Positions 1 to 10,748 of a DNA stretch of 64,000 nt are shown here, piece after piece; the first letter of the stretch is position 1, and the number at the start of each line of letters is the position of its first letter. The translations under genes and the position numbers were made by a program. Source of the stretch: an uncultured Desulfospira sp. (GTDB lineage: Bacteria > Desulfobacterota > Desulfobacteria > Desulfobacterales > Desulfobacteraceae); NCBI GenBank assembly GCA_963663165.1, contig OY760175.1, positions 2,272,001 to 2,336,000 of the forward strand, written 5' to 3'. Below the pieces are notes generated by a model. The model was not told where the DNA came from. It did no database searches and worked only from the letters and a program-made list of their open reading frames with translations.

Positions 1-981
1 TCTCGGGTTGTTGCCGGGCCCGGCACCTTTTTCGAACAGGTTCAGGATATGAAAAATCTTATCGGTGGCAAGGGACTGCAATATCCGGGGTGCCCCCAAA
101 AAGGATGCCATGGCCGAGGACAGGGTGGCGGCAATGACACCGGCATCAATTAACACCCCCAAGACGGCGGTTTTTTTCATGACACCGTAATCGGACACCA
201 GGCTGTCTGAAGGACTTGACCCGGCAAACACCAGGGCTGCGGAAACATAGACCAGGATGGACAGGCCCACCGCGGCAAAGGTGCCTGAAGGGATACTTTT
301 TCCCGGATTTTCAAGGTCCCCGGACATGCTGACTCCCTGTGTAAACCCGGTGACCGCAGGGAAAAAAATGGCAAACAACGGCCAGAACCCCAAAGCCGGT
401 TGGCTAACGGACCAGTTGGCCATCATTACCCCAGCGTCCCATCCCCCAATGCCGCCGGCATAAAAAGAAACCAGAGCCAGGATCAGAAAGGCCATGACAC
501 CGTATTGAAATTTGGTGGCCAGATCCGCCCCGACCCAGGCCAGGACAAAGAGAAACAAAAGCGCCACAAAGGCAATGACCTGGGTGGATAAATTCAAGCC
601 CGATGAGGCGGCAATCCCCTCAACGGCTTCACCGAACCCGATACAATAAAACCCGATGGACACGGACTGGGCCAGGAACAGAACAAGGCCGATGGCCCCG
701 CCAAACTCTTTGCCCAGGGTCCGGGAAATCAGGTAATAATCCCCGCCCCCTTTGACCTTCATGTTGGTGGAAATGGCGGCCAGGGAGAAACTGGTGAGAA
801 TGGAGATCAGATTGGCAATACAGATGATGACCAGGGCCGTGCCAAGCCCGGAGCTGCCCACCACAAATCCCATGCGCCTGAACAGGATAATGCCCAGGAT
901 GGTTAAAACACTCGGGGTAAACACCCCGGAAAAGGTCCCCAGCTTACCGGGCCGGCTGTTTTTTAAATTATCCTTGCTCAA
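1..981 (-). CDS. Amino acid permease / SLC12-like cation-chloride cotransporter (5' part; runs off window start)
   Basis: Not in the ORF track; translated by hand from TTG at 981: SKDNLKNSRPGKLGTFSGVFTPSVLTILGIILFRRMGFVVG...LAAISTNMKVKGGGDYYLISRTLGKEFGGAIG, which are characteristic CCC/APC motifs. The start overlaps the YhhN stop. Confidence 0.85.
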   Translation of the reverse strand, partial: MSKDNLKNSRPGKLGTFSGVFTPSVLTILGIILFRRMGFVVGSSGLGTALVIICIANLISILTSFSLAAISTNMKVKGGGDYYLISRTLGKEFGGAIGLVLFLAQSVSIGFYCIGFGEAVEGIAASSGLNLSTQVIAFVALLFLFVLAWVGADLATKFQYGVMAFLILALVSFYAGGIGGWDAGVMMANWSVSQPALGFWPLFAIFFPAVTGFTQGVSMSGDLENPGKSIPSGTFAAVGLSILVYVSAALVFAGSSPSDSLVSDYGVMKKTAVLGVLIDAGVIAATLSSAMASFLGAPRILQSLATDKIFHILNLFEKGAGPGNNPR

Positions 982-1640
982 TTTAAAAACCCCGGGGAAA
1001 AGGCCAGGGCAAACTGGGCCGTGTTGTACAGGGGCAGGCCAACATACCGGTTGATGACGGATTTTCTCACGAACCGGTGCCGGGCCACAAACAAATCGGA
1101 AATATAAAATACCACGGCGCCGAACAGCACCAGGGCCCGCCCGGTTATCCTGAAATCCGGGCACCCGGCAAGGGTTCCGGCACCGGTAACCATCAGGGAA
1201 ATAACGATCATATAGGCAATCACCGGCCCTTTCATCTCCCCCAGGTAAGGTTTGAGCTTCAGGTAAATTACCCCGGAGACCGGCACCACGGCCAAAAGAG
1301 AAATCCAGGTACCACAGGTGATACCCCCGGCCATAAAAAAGGCGGCCGTGTAGAACAGATGGCCTGCCAGAAAAATGACAAGCCCCAGGGTAAACACCCG
1401 CCGGTTAAAGAAAAAGATAAGGCAGATATCCCCCATAAAACAGCAGATCAGGCCCCACAAAACCGGGACATAATAGAATGGCACCGGATGGGGCGATATG
1501 GCAGCCGCCAGAATGAACAGCCCGGAAAGAAACGGCTTGGTTGCCAAAATACCTTTAAGGCTCTCCTTTTTTTCCGCAGCCAGCAGTCCGGCCAGCAAAA
1601 TGACGGCACCTGCAATAATCCCAAATTTGGTCATGGCCAT
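978..1640 (-). CDS. YhhN family membrane protein (lysoplasmalogenase-like)
   Basis: Hydrophobic 220 aa with K-P, GDICL, FLAGHLFY, VIAYMIVI, FYISDLFVA and LPLY motifs. Confidence 0.85.
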   Translation of the reverse strand: MAMTKFGIIAGAVILLAGLLAAEKKESLKGILATKPFLSGLFILAAAISPHPVPFYYVPVLWGLICCFMGDICLIFFFNRRVFTLGLVIFLAGHLFYTAAFFMAGGITCGTWISLLAVVPVSGVIYLKLKPYLGEMKGPVIAYMIVISLMVTGAGTLAGCPDFRITGRALVLFGAVVFYISDLFVARHRFVRKSVINRYVGLPLYNTAQFALAFSPGFLN

Positions 1641-1711
1641 AGGTCTCCAAAGGGGGGTTGTATCCTCTGCCTGGTTGGATACCAGATTTTTAAATCAAAG
1701 AAAATCAAATT

Positions 1712-1820
1712 GTAACTGTTCAGCAGTGCCCCATCTTCGCTCATTTAAGGTCTTCTCACATAGCAAAAGTATGCACCCAAGACCTGACCAAACAAATATG
1801 AAGCACTGATGAACAGTTAC
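1712..1820. repeat. 109-bp unit bounded by 18-bp inverted repeats (MITE/REP-like)
   Basis: gtaactgttcagcagtgc (1712-1729) and gcactgatgaacagttac (1803-1820), 17/18 complementary. Confidence 0.6.
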
Positions 1821-1894
1821 GGGCCAAGGTTTTACTTATTTTTCAGCATTAGCTGAATAGTTGCATTAAATTTACGGCATTTTGCATGAACGGG

Positions 1895-4800
1895 TTATTT
1901 TTCCGGACGGATATGAAGGGCCTGGCTCAGATCACCCAAAGAATTTTTGGCGCTTTCAAAATCATACCCTTTGATTTCCCGGGCCAGGCGCATGAGCAGA
2001 TCCTTGCCGGGGCTGTTGCCTATCATCCCGGACAGCTGCCGGACCTGTGCGGTGGCAGCGGTATCATTATCTTCAATCAGCGTCTCTAACTCGGCAAGCA
2101 GAGACCGGACGGTTTCAGGATCAGCCGGATGGCCCTGGATCATTTTCTCATCCGTTTTTTCAGCTTCAAGCCCCTCTATGGACTGGATAACCGTTTTCAG
2201 GTGTCCTGCAAACACCGGCAGCAACTTTAAGGATTCCTTGATATTTTCCTGTTTTAAAGCCGTCTCCAGATCGGATGCGGCCTCAAAAAGCGGCTCCGCC
2301 CCCATATTGCCGGCCACCCCTTTAACCGTATGGGCAACCATCCGGGCCGTTTCCGGATCATTGTGGTCCAGGGCCTTTTGAATATCGGCATCGGCGCTGC
2401 CCTGGCTGCCGGCAAATTTGTTGAGCAGGTCCCGGTAAAGGGTGATGTCGCCGGACAGCCGGGCCAATCCGCTTTCGGTGTCGATTCCCGGCAGGGGCCC
2501 TAAGGCATCTGCCGGACTTAAACCGGCCTTTTCGGGGTCATCTCCCGGTTCCGGGAGAACCGGCCCCTTTCCTGTGGGCTTTACCCACCGGCACAAGACG
2601 TTGAGCAAATCATTAACATCAATGGGCTTGGCCACATGATCGTTCATCCCCGCATCCAGTGCCTTTTCCCGGTCACCGGCCATGGCATTGGCGGTCATGG
2701 CGATGATGGGCAGGTCTTTATATTCATCTTTTTTCCGGATTTCCCTGGCAGCGGTATAGCCGTCCATTTCCGGCATGTGGATATCCATGAGAACCGCATC
2801 AACGGGGACCGCCTCAAGCGCCGCTATTCCTAGAAGGCCATTATCTGCCACCGTCACCAGAAAGCCATTGTTCTCCAGAATTCCCCGGGCCACCTGCTGA
2901 TTGATCTCATTGTCCTCTACCACTAGAAGCCTTGCCCCCCGGATCAATTCAACACCGGGAAGGGGAGCGTCTTTGGCCCTAGGGCCTGAAGACGCCCGCC
3001 GGCGGATGCCAAAAGCCGCCATGATGGCGTTAAACAGCAGGGAGGGGGAAACCGGTTTGATCAAATATCCGTCCAGCCCCACATCGTTAGCCGCCTGCAC
3101 CAGGTCCTCCCTGGCATAGGCAGACACCATGATAATGGCAGGGACCTTTATGGCCGGTGAATTCCGGATGATCCGGGAAGCGGCAAGCCCGTCCATCCCG
3201 GGCATTTTCCAATCCATGAGAACCAGGTCATAGGGCTCTTTTTGAGCGGCCGTTTCAAGTTCGGCCAAAGCGGCATCGGCGCTGCCGGCCTGGGTCACCC
3301 TAAAGGACATGGATTCCAGCAGTTCCTGCAGTACGGTCCGGCAAAGGGGGTTGTCGTCAACTACCAGGACTTTTTTATCCTTTAACCCGGTATGGGGCAG
3401 CAGGGGGTTGGCAGGCCGGGACCCGGACTTTTTCAAGCGGACGGTAAAAAAGAACGTGGTCCCCTGCCCCATTTCACTTTCTGCCCATATACGGCCGGCC
3501 ATCATTTCCACCAAGCTTCTGCTGATGGCAAGCCCTAAGCCCGTTCCCCCGTATTTCCGGGTGGTGGAGGCATCGGCCTGGGTAAAGGCATGAAAAAGGC
3601 CGTCCAGCTGTTTTTGGTTCATCCCGATGCCGCTGTCCTGAACAAAAAACTCCAGTTCCACTTCATTTTTGCCGTCTTCCAACAGGCGGCAGCCCAGAAC
3701 GATCTGTCCCTTTTCAGTAAATTTAACCGCATTGCCCGTCAGGTTGGCCAGTATCTGTCCTAACCGCAACGGGTCTCCTTCAAGGACATCGGGCAGGGCC
3801 GGATCAATGTTGAAAATCACCTCCAGTCCCTTTTCCTGGGCCTTGATGCCGACAAGGGCGGTGATGTTGTCCAATACCTCTTCAAGGGAAAATTCAATGA
3901 TTTCCATGGTCAGCTTGCCGGCTTCGATCTTGCTGAAATCCAGAATATCATTGATCACCCCGAGCAGGGCCTTTGAACTGCCCTGGATTTTATGGATATA
4001 ATCGGACTGAAGGTCATCAAGCTCTGTCTGAAGGGCCAGATGGGAAAACCCGATCACCGCATTTAAAGGGGTCCTTATTTCGTGGCTCATGTTGGCCAGA
4101 AATTCGCTTTTGGCCCGGGTGGCATGTTCCGCGATCTGCATGGCCTTTTGAAGGTCGGCGGTCCGTTCTTTGACCAGGGATTCCAGATGGTCTTTGTAGG
4201 CGTTCAGTTCCTGCTGGGTTTTTTTCAGTTCACTGATATCCTTGGTGATGGAGGCAATGCCCATGGGCTTTCCTTCGTCGTTTTTCAACAAAGAAAGGGT
4301 CAGCAAAATGGGAATGCTGGTCCCGTCTTTTTTCTTTCGCGACCATTCCATGGCCCGGATGGATTCCCCGCTTCTGCACCGCTGGTAAAGCTGCCGGGTC
4401 TCTTCTATCATTTCATCCGGGACAATCCCCCAGATCCGGTTGCCCAGAAGCTCTTCTCTGGAATACCCGTAGGCAGCCACAGTGGCTTCATTGACATCTT
4501 TGATATTTCCGGAAAGATCGCATACCAGGATGGAATCGGCCGCTGATTCAAAAACCCTGGACATCAGGCTTAATCCCCGCTCGGCCTGCTTTTTGGCCTG
4601 CTCCACCTGTTCAAGCAGTTTCTGTCTTTCAGTGATATCCATTATAAGACCGGCTGTCCGGGTGACGTTTCCCTGATCGTCTTTTTCAAGGGGCTGGGAA
4701 AGGGCATTGATCCAGCGCCAGTCTTTTTTATTATAAGAGATGCGGTAATCTATGCTGATTAAGAAGACTTCTCCGGAAAACAATGGAGAAAGGCCCTGGC

Positions 4801-6805
4801 TGACCTTAAGGATATCGTCGGGATGAATATAAGAGGCCAGGGCTTTGGCCGTCTGCGGAATTTCCTGGTCAGGAAACCCCATGCCGGAAAAAAACTGGGA
4901 AGAATCAAAACTGAATTGATCGGTTTTTAAATCGTGCTGAAAATAGAACGCGCCTACAGATTCCAGTGTGAACCGAAAGCTTTCCCGGGATTCTTTTATC
5001 CTTTCAAGCAGTTTCTGCCGTTCGGTAATATCCATGGTCAGACCGGCGATATGAGGGGCCCCACCGAACGGTTCATCATTTTCAGCGCCCCAGTATACGG
5101 TATGAAGCCACATCCATCCTAAATCTTTGCGCCGGAGGCGGTAATCATGCCTGACCGTGGATGTATCGCCCCGGGCGTATTGATCTAATGATGCCTGAAC
5201 CCGGGGCTGGTCATCGGGGTGGATAAAAGAAACGAACGCCTCTGAAGTCCGGGGGACTTCTTCTTCGGTATATCCGGCTTTTTCAAACAGATGCAGGGAA
5301 CTGTAGGAAAGCAAATCGGTTTTTATGTCCAGCTGCCAGTAATGGGTACCGGCAGCTTCCAAAGAGATTTTAAGGCGTTCTTCACTTTCTTTAAGGGCTT
5401 CCCCGGCCTGATGGCGTTCCGTATAGTCCTGGCTGCTGACCCTGAATCCGAAAAATGATCCATTATCCTTGAATACCGGATTCCAGGAAACCAACATCCA
5501 TCGAACACTGCCTTCCTTTCTCCGGATTCTGAGCAGGACGCCGGAACCGGCCTTTTGAGACAGGGCCGCCGTAATGACAGCCTCATACGTTGGCCAGTCT
5601 TCAGGGACAGCCAGAGGCTTGGGGAAATCCGGCATGGCCATGCACTCTTCGCAGGTATAACCGAGTATCCGCTCTACAGACTGGTTGATCCAGCGCAGTT
5701 TCCCCTTTTCATCATGCCAGCATTCCAGGCCATAGGTGTAGTCGGCAATGATCCTGAATTCCTCCTGGGACCGCATGGCCTTGTCTTCGGCCAGCTGCCG
5801 CATGACGACTTCTCTTTTCAGGCGCCGGTTGGCCATGAAAATCAGCACAAACACCACCAGGCATACAAGAACCACCGGAAGGCCGATCTTAAGCAGCGGG
5901 GCCCAGTCAACCCCCGGCTTAAATTCAACGGAAACCCACCGGTTGCGAATGGCGGTACGCTCTGACGGCGTCAGGGAGGCCAGGGCCTTGTCCAGCATCT
6001 GTGCCAGCATTGGCCAGTCCTTGCGGACCCCCATACAGAGCCGGGAGTCAAAGCCCTCCAGCAGACAGGTGATCTCCAGTTGTTTGAGGTTGTGCTGCTT
6101 AATATGGTAAGCCGCATAGACCGCATTCATGACCATGGCGTCTGTCCGGCCGCCGGCCACTGCCATCAGGCCCTCCAGGGGGGTTTCTACAGGGACGATC
6201 TGCAGCTTTGGGTGTGTCTCTGGCAGCTTTTTCCGGATGGGGTAAGATGACACCACAGCCACTTTCCGGCCGTAAAAATCCTTTACGTTCCCGGAAGGTT
6301 CAAAGTTGGAACGGGCCACCATCACCCAGGGAAAATCCAGATAGGGCCGGGTAAAGCAAAGATAATCCTCCCGGCTTTGGGTCCGCACCAGGCTGGGAAG
6401 AAAATCCAGTTGTTTCCGGCGGCCGGCCTCCTGTATTCCCCCCCATGACAGGGGGGTGCCGTCTTCTTTAACCATTCGCTTAAACGAGACATGAAGCCTG
6501 TGGCTGATCAGGCCCAGATAATCGGCGATCAACCCATGGGCATGTCCGTTGGCATCCAGAAACTCAAAGGGAGGGCGTTCGCTCACAAAGCCGGTCCGGA
6601 TCACCGGGTGGGCTTCAAGCCATTGGCGCTCTTCATGGGACAGGGCATTATAAAAGGTTACGGCCGCATCTTTATCAACCTGGACCGGTTCTGTTGCCCG
6701 GATTTCAAAAGGAAACGGCACATAGCCGTCTGCAAGGCCAAGCCCTGCTGCCTGACAGAAAACCAGACAGGTCATTAGAAACAATAATGGCGAAGAAACG
6801 CGCAT
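1895..6805 (-). CDS. Hybrid sensor histidine kinase (periplasmic binding domain, multiple PAS, HisKA, HATPase, two receivers, Hpt)
   Basis: [15 protein letters not shown]-box, [15 protein letters not shown], two receiver domains (DWKMP, DIHMP), Hpt [10 protein letters not shown]-terminal BvgS-like PBP domain. Confidence 0.95.
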   Translation of the reverse strand: MRVSSPLLFLMTCLVFCQAAGLGLADGYVPFPFEIRATEPVQVDKDAAVTFYNALSHEERQWLEAHPVIRTGFVSERPPFEFLDANGHAHGLIADYLGLISHRLHVSFKRMVKEDGTPLSWGGIQEAGRRKQLDFLPSLVRTQSREDYLCFTRPYLDFPWVMVARSNFEPSGNVKDFYGRKVAVVSSYPIRKKLPETHPKLQIVPVETPLEGLMAVAGGRTDAMVMNAVYAAYHIKQHNLKQLEITCLLEGFDSRLCMGVRKDWPMLAQMLDKALASLTPSERTAIRNRWVSVEFKPGVDWAPLLKIGLPVVLVCLVVFVLIFMANRRLKREVVMRQLAEDKAMRSQEEFRIIADYTYGLECWHDEKGKLRWINQSVERILGYTCEECMAMPDFPKPLAVPEDWPTYEAVITAALSQKAGSGVLLRIRRKEGSVRWMLVSWNPVFKDNGSFFGFRVSSQDYTERHQAGEALKESEERLKISLEAAGTHYWQLDIKTDLLSYSSLHLFEKAGYTEEEVPRTSEAFVSFIHPDDQPRVQASLDQYARGDTSTVRHDYRLRRKDLGWMWLHTVYWGAENDEPFGGAPHIAGLTMDITERQKLLERIKESRESFRFTLESVGAFYFQHDLKTDQFSFDSSQFFSGMGFPDQEIPQTAKALASYIHPDDILKVSQGLSPLFSGEVFLISIDYRISYNKKDWRWINALSQPLEKDDQGNVTRTAGLIMDITERQKLLEQVEQAKKQAERGLSLMSRVFESAADSILVCDLSGNIKDVNEATVAAYGYSREELLGNRIWGIVPDEMIEETRQLYQRCRSGESIRAMEWSRKKKDGTSIPILLTLSLLKNDEGKPMGIASITKDISELKKTQQELNAYKDHLESLVKERTADLQKAMQIAEHATRAKSEFLANMSHEIRTPLNAVIGFSHLALQTELDDLQSDYIHKIQGSSKALLGVINDILDFSKIEAGKLTMEIIEFSLEEVLDNITALVGIKAQEKGLEVIFNIDPALPDVLEGDPLRLGQILANLTGNAVKFTEKGQIVLGCRLLEDGKNEVELEFFVQDSGIGMNQKQLDGLFHAFTQADASTTRKYGGTGLGLAISRSLVEMMAGRIWAESEMGQGTTFFFTVRLKKSGSRPANPLLPHTGLKDKKVLVVDDNPLCRTVLQELLESMSFRVTQAGSADAALAELETAAQKEPYDLVLMDWKMPGMDGLAASRIIRNSPAIKVPAIIMVSAYAREDLVQAANDVGLDGYLIKPVSPSLLFNAIMAAFGIRRRASSGPRAKDAPLPGVELIRGARLLVVEDNEINQQVARGILENNGFLVTVADNGLLGIAALEAVPVDAVLMDIHMPEMDGYTAAREIRKKDEYKDLPIIAMTANAMAGDREKALDAGMNDHVAKPIDVNDLLNVLCRWVKPTGKGPVLPEPGDDPEKAGLSPADALGPLPGIDTESGLARLSGDITLYRDLLNKFAGSQGSADADIQKALDHNDPETARMVAHTVKGVAGNMGAEPLFEAASDLETALKQENIKESLKLLPVFAGHLKTVIQSIEGLEAEKTDEKMIQGHPADPETVRSLLAELETLIEDNDTAATAQVRQLSGMIGNSPGKDLLMRLAREIKGYDFESAKNSLGDLSQALHIRPEK

Positions 6806-7144
6806 CGCAAACTCCTGTGAAGCAAGGCAATGATGTTAGCAGTTAGCTATAAGCTTCTAGCCGTTACTAGGCCGGCAATGTCATTAACTTAAGGAAAGCT
6901 TTTTATATGAAAGTCTCACTAACATCTTGAGAAGAATTTCATTATTTGTTGCGGGCGGTTCTTGGTTGGATAACCAAGGCTGCCCGTGGCCGTTATTAAC
7001 ACCAAGGACATGAAGATTGATTCCCCGGCATATATTCTTCATGGACTTCATGGTGTTTTTTAATTAGATTCTTGCAGTGCCGATGGATATCAATCATAAC
7101 CACCAGAATTCATGTTATATTCTTTAAAGAATGAATTCGCCCTG

Positions 7145-7164
7145 GGGGCACTGCTGAACAGTTA
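7145..7164 (-). repeat. Third copy of the TAACTGTTCAGCAGTGCCCC motif, inverted relative to 1713-1732
   Basis: Exact 20-bp reverse complement of 1713-1732. Confidence 0.7.
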
Positions 7165-7455
7165 TACAAATATACAAATTTTATAGAATGCGGTAAAAAT
7201 TCGTCTTAAAGTCAATCAATTCAAGGTATGTTTACTTTTTAACAGCCAAAGAAACCGAATACAAGCTCAAATTGCAGATCCATCTTTCTTTGACGATTTA
7301 GTTCTTGCTAACCGGTCATATTTCAACTATTTTAACCCTTGCACAATCGGAACAAGGCCCCAATAATTTTCAAACCAGTTGCCAATAACCCGACAACTTA
7401 TGACACCCGGATTTTCTCACACCATTTTTTCACCCCACCATTTTAGGAGACCCCT

Positions 7456-8205
7456 ATGGCTATAATCGGCATTATCGGAGGATCCGGACTGGATGATCCT
7501 GATATTTTAAAAAATCCCCGGGAAATTGAAGCGGACACCCCTTACGGCAGACCTTCCTCTTCCATTAAATCAGGACAGATCGCCGGCAAAGACACCCTGA
7601 TCATTGCCCGGCACGGCAGAAACCATGAACTGAGCCCTGCCCAGGTTAACAACCAGGCCAACATCCATGCCCTTAAAGAGGCCGGGGCCACCCATATTCT
7701 GGCCACCACGGCCTGCGGCAGTTTAAGGGAACAGATTGACCGGGGACATTTTATCATCCTGGACCAGTTCATTGATTTGACGCGGTTGCGTAAAAACACC
7801 TTTTTTGAATCCTTTGAAGGCGGGATCAACCATACGGTCATGGCCCATCCCTTTGATGAGACCCTTGGCGCCCTTTTGTTTGAATCGGCAAAGACCCTTG
7901 GTTTTCCGGCTCACCCCAAAGGCACGGTCATCACCATTGAGGGGCCCAGATTCTCTACGGTGGCAGAGTCCAAGATGTTCCGGGCCTGGGGGGCCGATGT
8001 GATCAATATGTCCACGGCCCCTGAGACCGCCCTGGCCAACGAAGCCGGTATCCCCTATGCGGCAGTGGCCATGTCAACGGATTTTGACTGCTGGAAAGAA
8101 GATGAAGAAGTGGTCTCCTGGCAGGAAATCCTGGCCGTATTTGAACGAAATGCCGAAAATGTCAAACAGCTGCTGATTAAAACCATTGAAAATTTGAAGG
8201 AATGA
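7456..8205 (+). CDS. mtnP: S-methyl-5'-thioadenosine phosphorylase
   Basis: IGIIGGSG, TPYG, ARHG, EGPRFSTVAES, GADVINM, TDFDCW motifs. Confidence 0.92.
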   Translation: MAIIGIIGGSGLDDPDILKNPREIEADTPYGRPSSSIKSGQIAGKDTLIIARHGRNHELSPAQVNNQANIHALKEAGATHILATTACGSLREQIDRGHFIILDQFIDLTRLRKNTFFESFEGGINHTVMAHPFDETLGALLFESAKTLGFPAHPKGTVITIEGPRFSTVAESKMFRAWGADVINMSTAPETALANEAGIPYAAVAMSTDFDCWKEDEEVVSWQEILAVFERNAENVKQLLIKTIENLKE

Positions 8206-8209
8206 AATC

Positions 8210-8731
8210 ATGGACATCAAATCCACCATCAGAAGCATTCCGGACTGGCCCATCAAAGGGGTCATTTTCAGGGACTTAACCACACTGATGCAGTCCCCTG
8301 AAGCACTCAAAGCATCCTGTGACCAGCTTTATGAGCGGTACAAGGAGATGAACATTGACAAGATCGTGGGCATTGATGCCAGGGGCTTTGTATTTGGGGC
8401 CATCCTTGCCTATAAGCTCGGGGTCGGGTTTATCCCGGTCCGGAAAAAAGGCAAACTGCCCTGCAAGACCATTGAGGCCAGCTACAGCCTGGAATACGGG
8501 GAAGGGACCCTGGAAATCCATGAAGACGGGATTAACAAAGGGGAAAAGGTGGTGATTGTGGATGACCTCATTGCCACCGGCGGAACCGTGGGGGCCACAG
8601 TCAAGCTGGTTAAAGAACTTGGCGGCGATCTTGTGGAATGCGCCTTTGTTGTGGAGCTTCCCGATCTTAAAGGCCGGGACCAGATCCCGGGAGTCAAGGT
8701 GTTTGCCCTTTGTGAGTTTGAAGGAGAGTAG
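8210..8731 (+). CDS. apt: Adenine phosphoribosyltransferase
   Basis: IPDWPIKGVIFRD, DARGF, RKKGKLP, YSLEYG, VDDLIATGGT. Confidence 0.97.
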   Translation: MDIKSTIRSIPDWPIKGVIFRDLTTLMQSPEALKASCDQLYERYKEMNIDKIVGIDARGFVFGAILAYKLGVGFIPVRKKGKLPCKTIEASYSLEYGEGTLEIHEDGINKGEKVVIVDDLIATGGTVGATVKLVKELGGDLVECAFVVELPDLKGRDQIPGVKVFALCEFEGE

Positions 8732-8740
8732 TCTTATTAA

Positions 8741-9412
8741 ATGGCCCCCAAATACCGAATCAACATTAAGGAAGTAGAAAAATCCCTGCGGTATGTCCAG
8801 GCAAATTTTGAAAAAATCAACGATACCCTGGACATGCGTCGGGAGCCCATGCGCGACGAGATTCTTGAAAACATTATGGCCGGCTACCGGTATGTGAACA
8901 ACCTTTTGGAAAACGACTTCAGCATTGTCGAACAAAAGGGGCTTCACCACTTTCTTGAGCTGAACCATATTGTGCTTTGCGGCCAGGACCCCCAAAAAAG
9001 GGCGGATTTCAGCCGGCATATCAAGGCCACGGCAGACCGGTTCTACGGCCAGAAGGAATTTTCCATCCGGGATATCCGGGAATGGGCTGAACACAACAGA
9101 AAAGTTCCCACATGGAAACGGGCCGCCGGGATTTATATCCTTCATGTGAGCCAGCCCCAGCTCTTTTTTGAAGGCAACCACCGGACCGGGGCGCTCATGA
9201 TGAGCCATATCCTTGTCCGGGGAGGAAAACCGCCTTTTGTGCTTTCCGTGGAAAATGCCAAAGCCTATTTTGACCCATCGACCCTGGCCAAAACCACCAA
9301 AAAGGACTTTATGGGCAAATATGTCAAGCTGCCAAAGATCAAGAAAAAATTTGCCAAATTTCTGGAAGAGCAGGCCAATCCGGACCTGTTGATTCACAAA
9401 TCCAAACTTTAG
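8741..9412 (+). CDS. Fic/Doc-like protein with non-canonical motif
   Basis: QPQLFFEGNHRTGALM resembles the Fic motif HPFxxGNGR; helical protein. Confidence 0.65.
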   Translation: MAPKYRINIKEVEKSLRYVQANFEKINDTLDMRREPMRDEILENIMAGYRYVNNLLENDFSIVEQKGLHHFLELNHIVLCGQDPQKRADFSRHIKATADRFYGQKEFSIRDIREWAEHNRKVPTWKRAAGIYILHVSQPQLFFEGNHRTGALMMSHILVRGGKPPFVLSVENAKAYFDPSTLAKTTKKDFMGKYVKLPKIKKKFAKFLEEQANPDLLIHKSKL

Positions 9413-9545
9413 CGGTTGGCGGCTGGGTGATGCCGGTGTATATTACAAAAAGAACGCGTATGATAACATGTTCATTTAATTGGTGTCTGAACGAGAACCC
9501 GTGTTTGGACGAAAAGCTGCCCATAACCTTTGATTGAGGCCTGTC

Positions 9546-10451
9546 ATGAACCAACCCATTCCCACTGCCCAAGCCTTTGTCTTTGATTCCAGCAAGCTCA
9601 AACAGTTTCTTTACCAGGTGGCCTGCACCCGCATCCTGGCCAAAACCACGCGTGCGTGCTGGTCAAGCCATGATTCCAGTGTCATTTTGAATACGGTCTA
9701 CAATGTCTTTAATAGGGTACGCCCCGGTTTTGTTGAAGTCGAAACCCTTTCACCGTACCGGCTGCGCAGGGAAATCGATGAATATTATCCGCGTCTCTGG
9801 AAAGAATTCACCCTGCGTGCCACCCAGGGTCCGGCGCCCATGAAGGATTGGCTCGATCGCCAGCAGACGCTGTATACGGCCGACCGGCGCGATCTTCAAA
9901 AGCTTTTCCTCCAGGCCCGGCAGGTCAACCAACAGGTGGATGAACAGCTCCGGGTAGCCATCTTTCGCCTCGCCGAGGTCAAGATGGTCAGTGAAATTGC
10001 CCTGAACATTCTGTCGCTGTTCCCCGGCGGCGGGGCGGTCGGTTTGGCGGTCCGGCTGGCTATTGGTGTCGGTTACCCGATTTTTGTCAATGCCGTAGAC
10101 AACTGGGGCCAGGCCGGCGCAGCCCAGATGACATTGTCCGTGGCAGCCGGCAGCAGTGCCCAGTATTTGCCACCATTGGGGACAGAAGATGCGGTGGTGA
10201 AAAAAGCCCAGGTCTATCTTGTGGACAAACCCGCCATGGAAGCCGCCCGTGCCCGTGCGCTGGGCAAATTACCCCGCGGATGGAAAGGGGCTGCGGTGAA
10301 ACGGGCCACCATGGCAAAAGAATGCGATGCGGCCATGGCCCGGGTGGGAATCAAAGCCGGCACCACCGTACTCCAGGGGGTGGCCTGCTGGTACTGCTAC
10401 CAGGGCTGCCAGGACAGCGCCAACCGGTTCTGGGAAACTGTCAATCAGTGA
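9546..10451 (+). CDS. Hypothetical protein
   Basis: Long ORF with ATG at 9546 preceded by GAGG; no recognisable family. Confidence 0.6.
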   Translation: MNQPIPTAQAFVFDSSKLKQFLYQVACTRILAKTTRACWSSHDSSVILNTVYNVFNRVRPGFVEVETLSPYRLRREIDEYYPRLWKEFTLRATQGPAPMKDWLDRQQTLYTADRRDLQKLFLQARQVNQQVDEQLRVAIFRLAEVKMVSEIALNILSLFPGGGAVGLAVRLAIGVGYPIFVNAVDNWGQAGAAQMTLSVAAGSSAQYLPPLGTEDAVVKKAQVYLVDKPAMEAARARALGKLPRGWKGAAVKRATMAKECDAAMARVGIKAGTTVLQGVACWYCYQGCQDSANRFWETVNQ

Positions 10452-10655
10452 TCCGGCCCAAGGATTTTCAGGAGTTGGCCGGCGGGGGAAATCCAAAAGC
10501 CAACGGCTGTTTATTTGAAACAAAACCTTTTCTAAAAACAGCGTGTCTGAAAATTAATTCAAAAAAAATAAATATATTATAAAACATTCACACCCGACTC
10601 CCTCCCCCGGCCATCTCCCGCCCCAATCATTCTCTTATACTATACTCATGGTTTT

Positions 10656-10677
10656 CTAACAAAATCATAACATTTCA
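10656..10677 (+). promoter_or_regulatory. Candidate Pho box upstream of pstS
   Basis: TAACA half-sites at 10657 and 10668 (11-bp period, A-rich spacer), ~80 bp upstream of the pstS start. Confidence 0.45.
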
Positions 10678-10748
10678 ATGGTAAATATCCGGATCGTGTT
10701 AGAAATTAACCGAGCTTATGTAACTTACAAACAAAACAGGAGAAAAAA

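Noticed and set aside
8276..9397. 373-aa minus-strand ORF, and similar long antisense ORFs such as 28833-29693 and 13846-14496
   Set aside because: They are shadows of well-supported genes on the opposite strand and carry no motifs.
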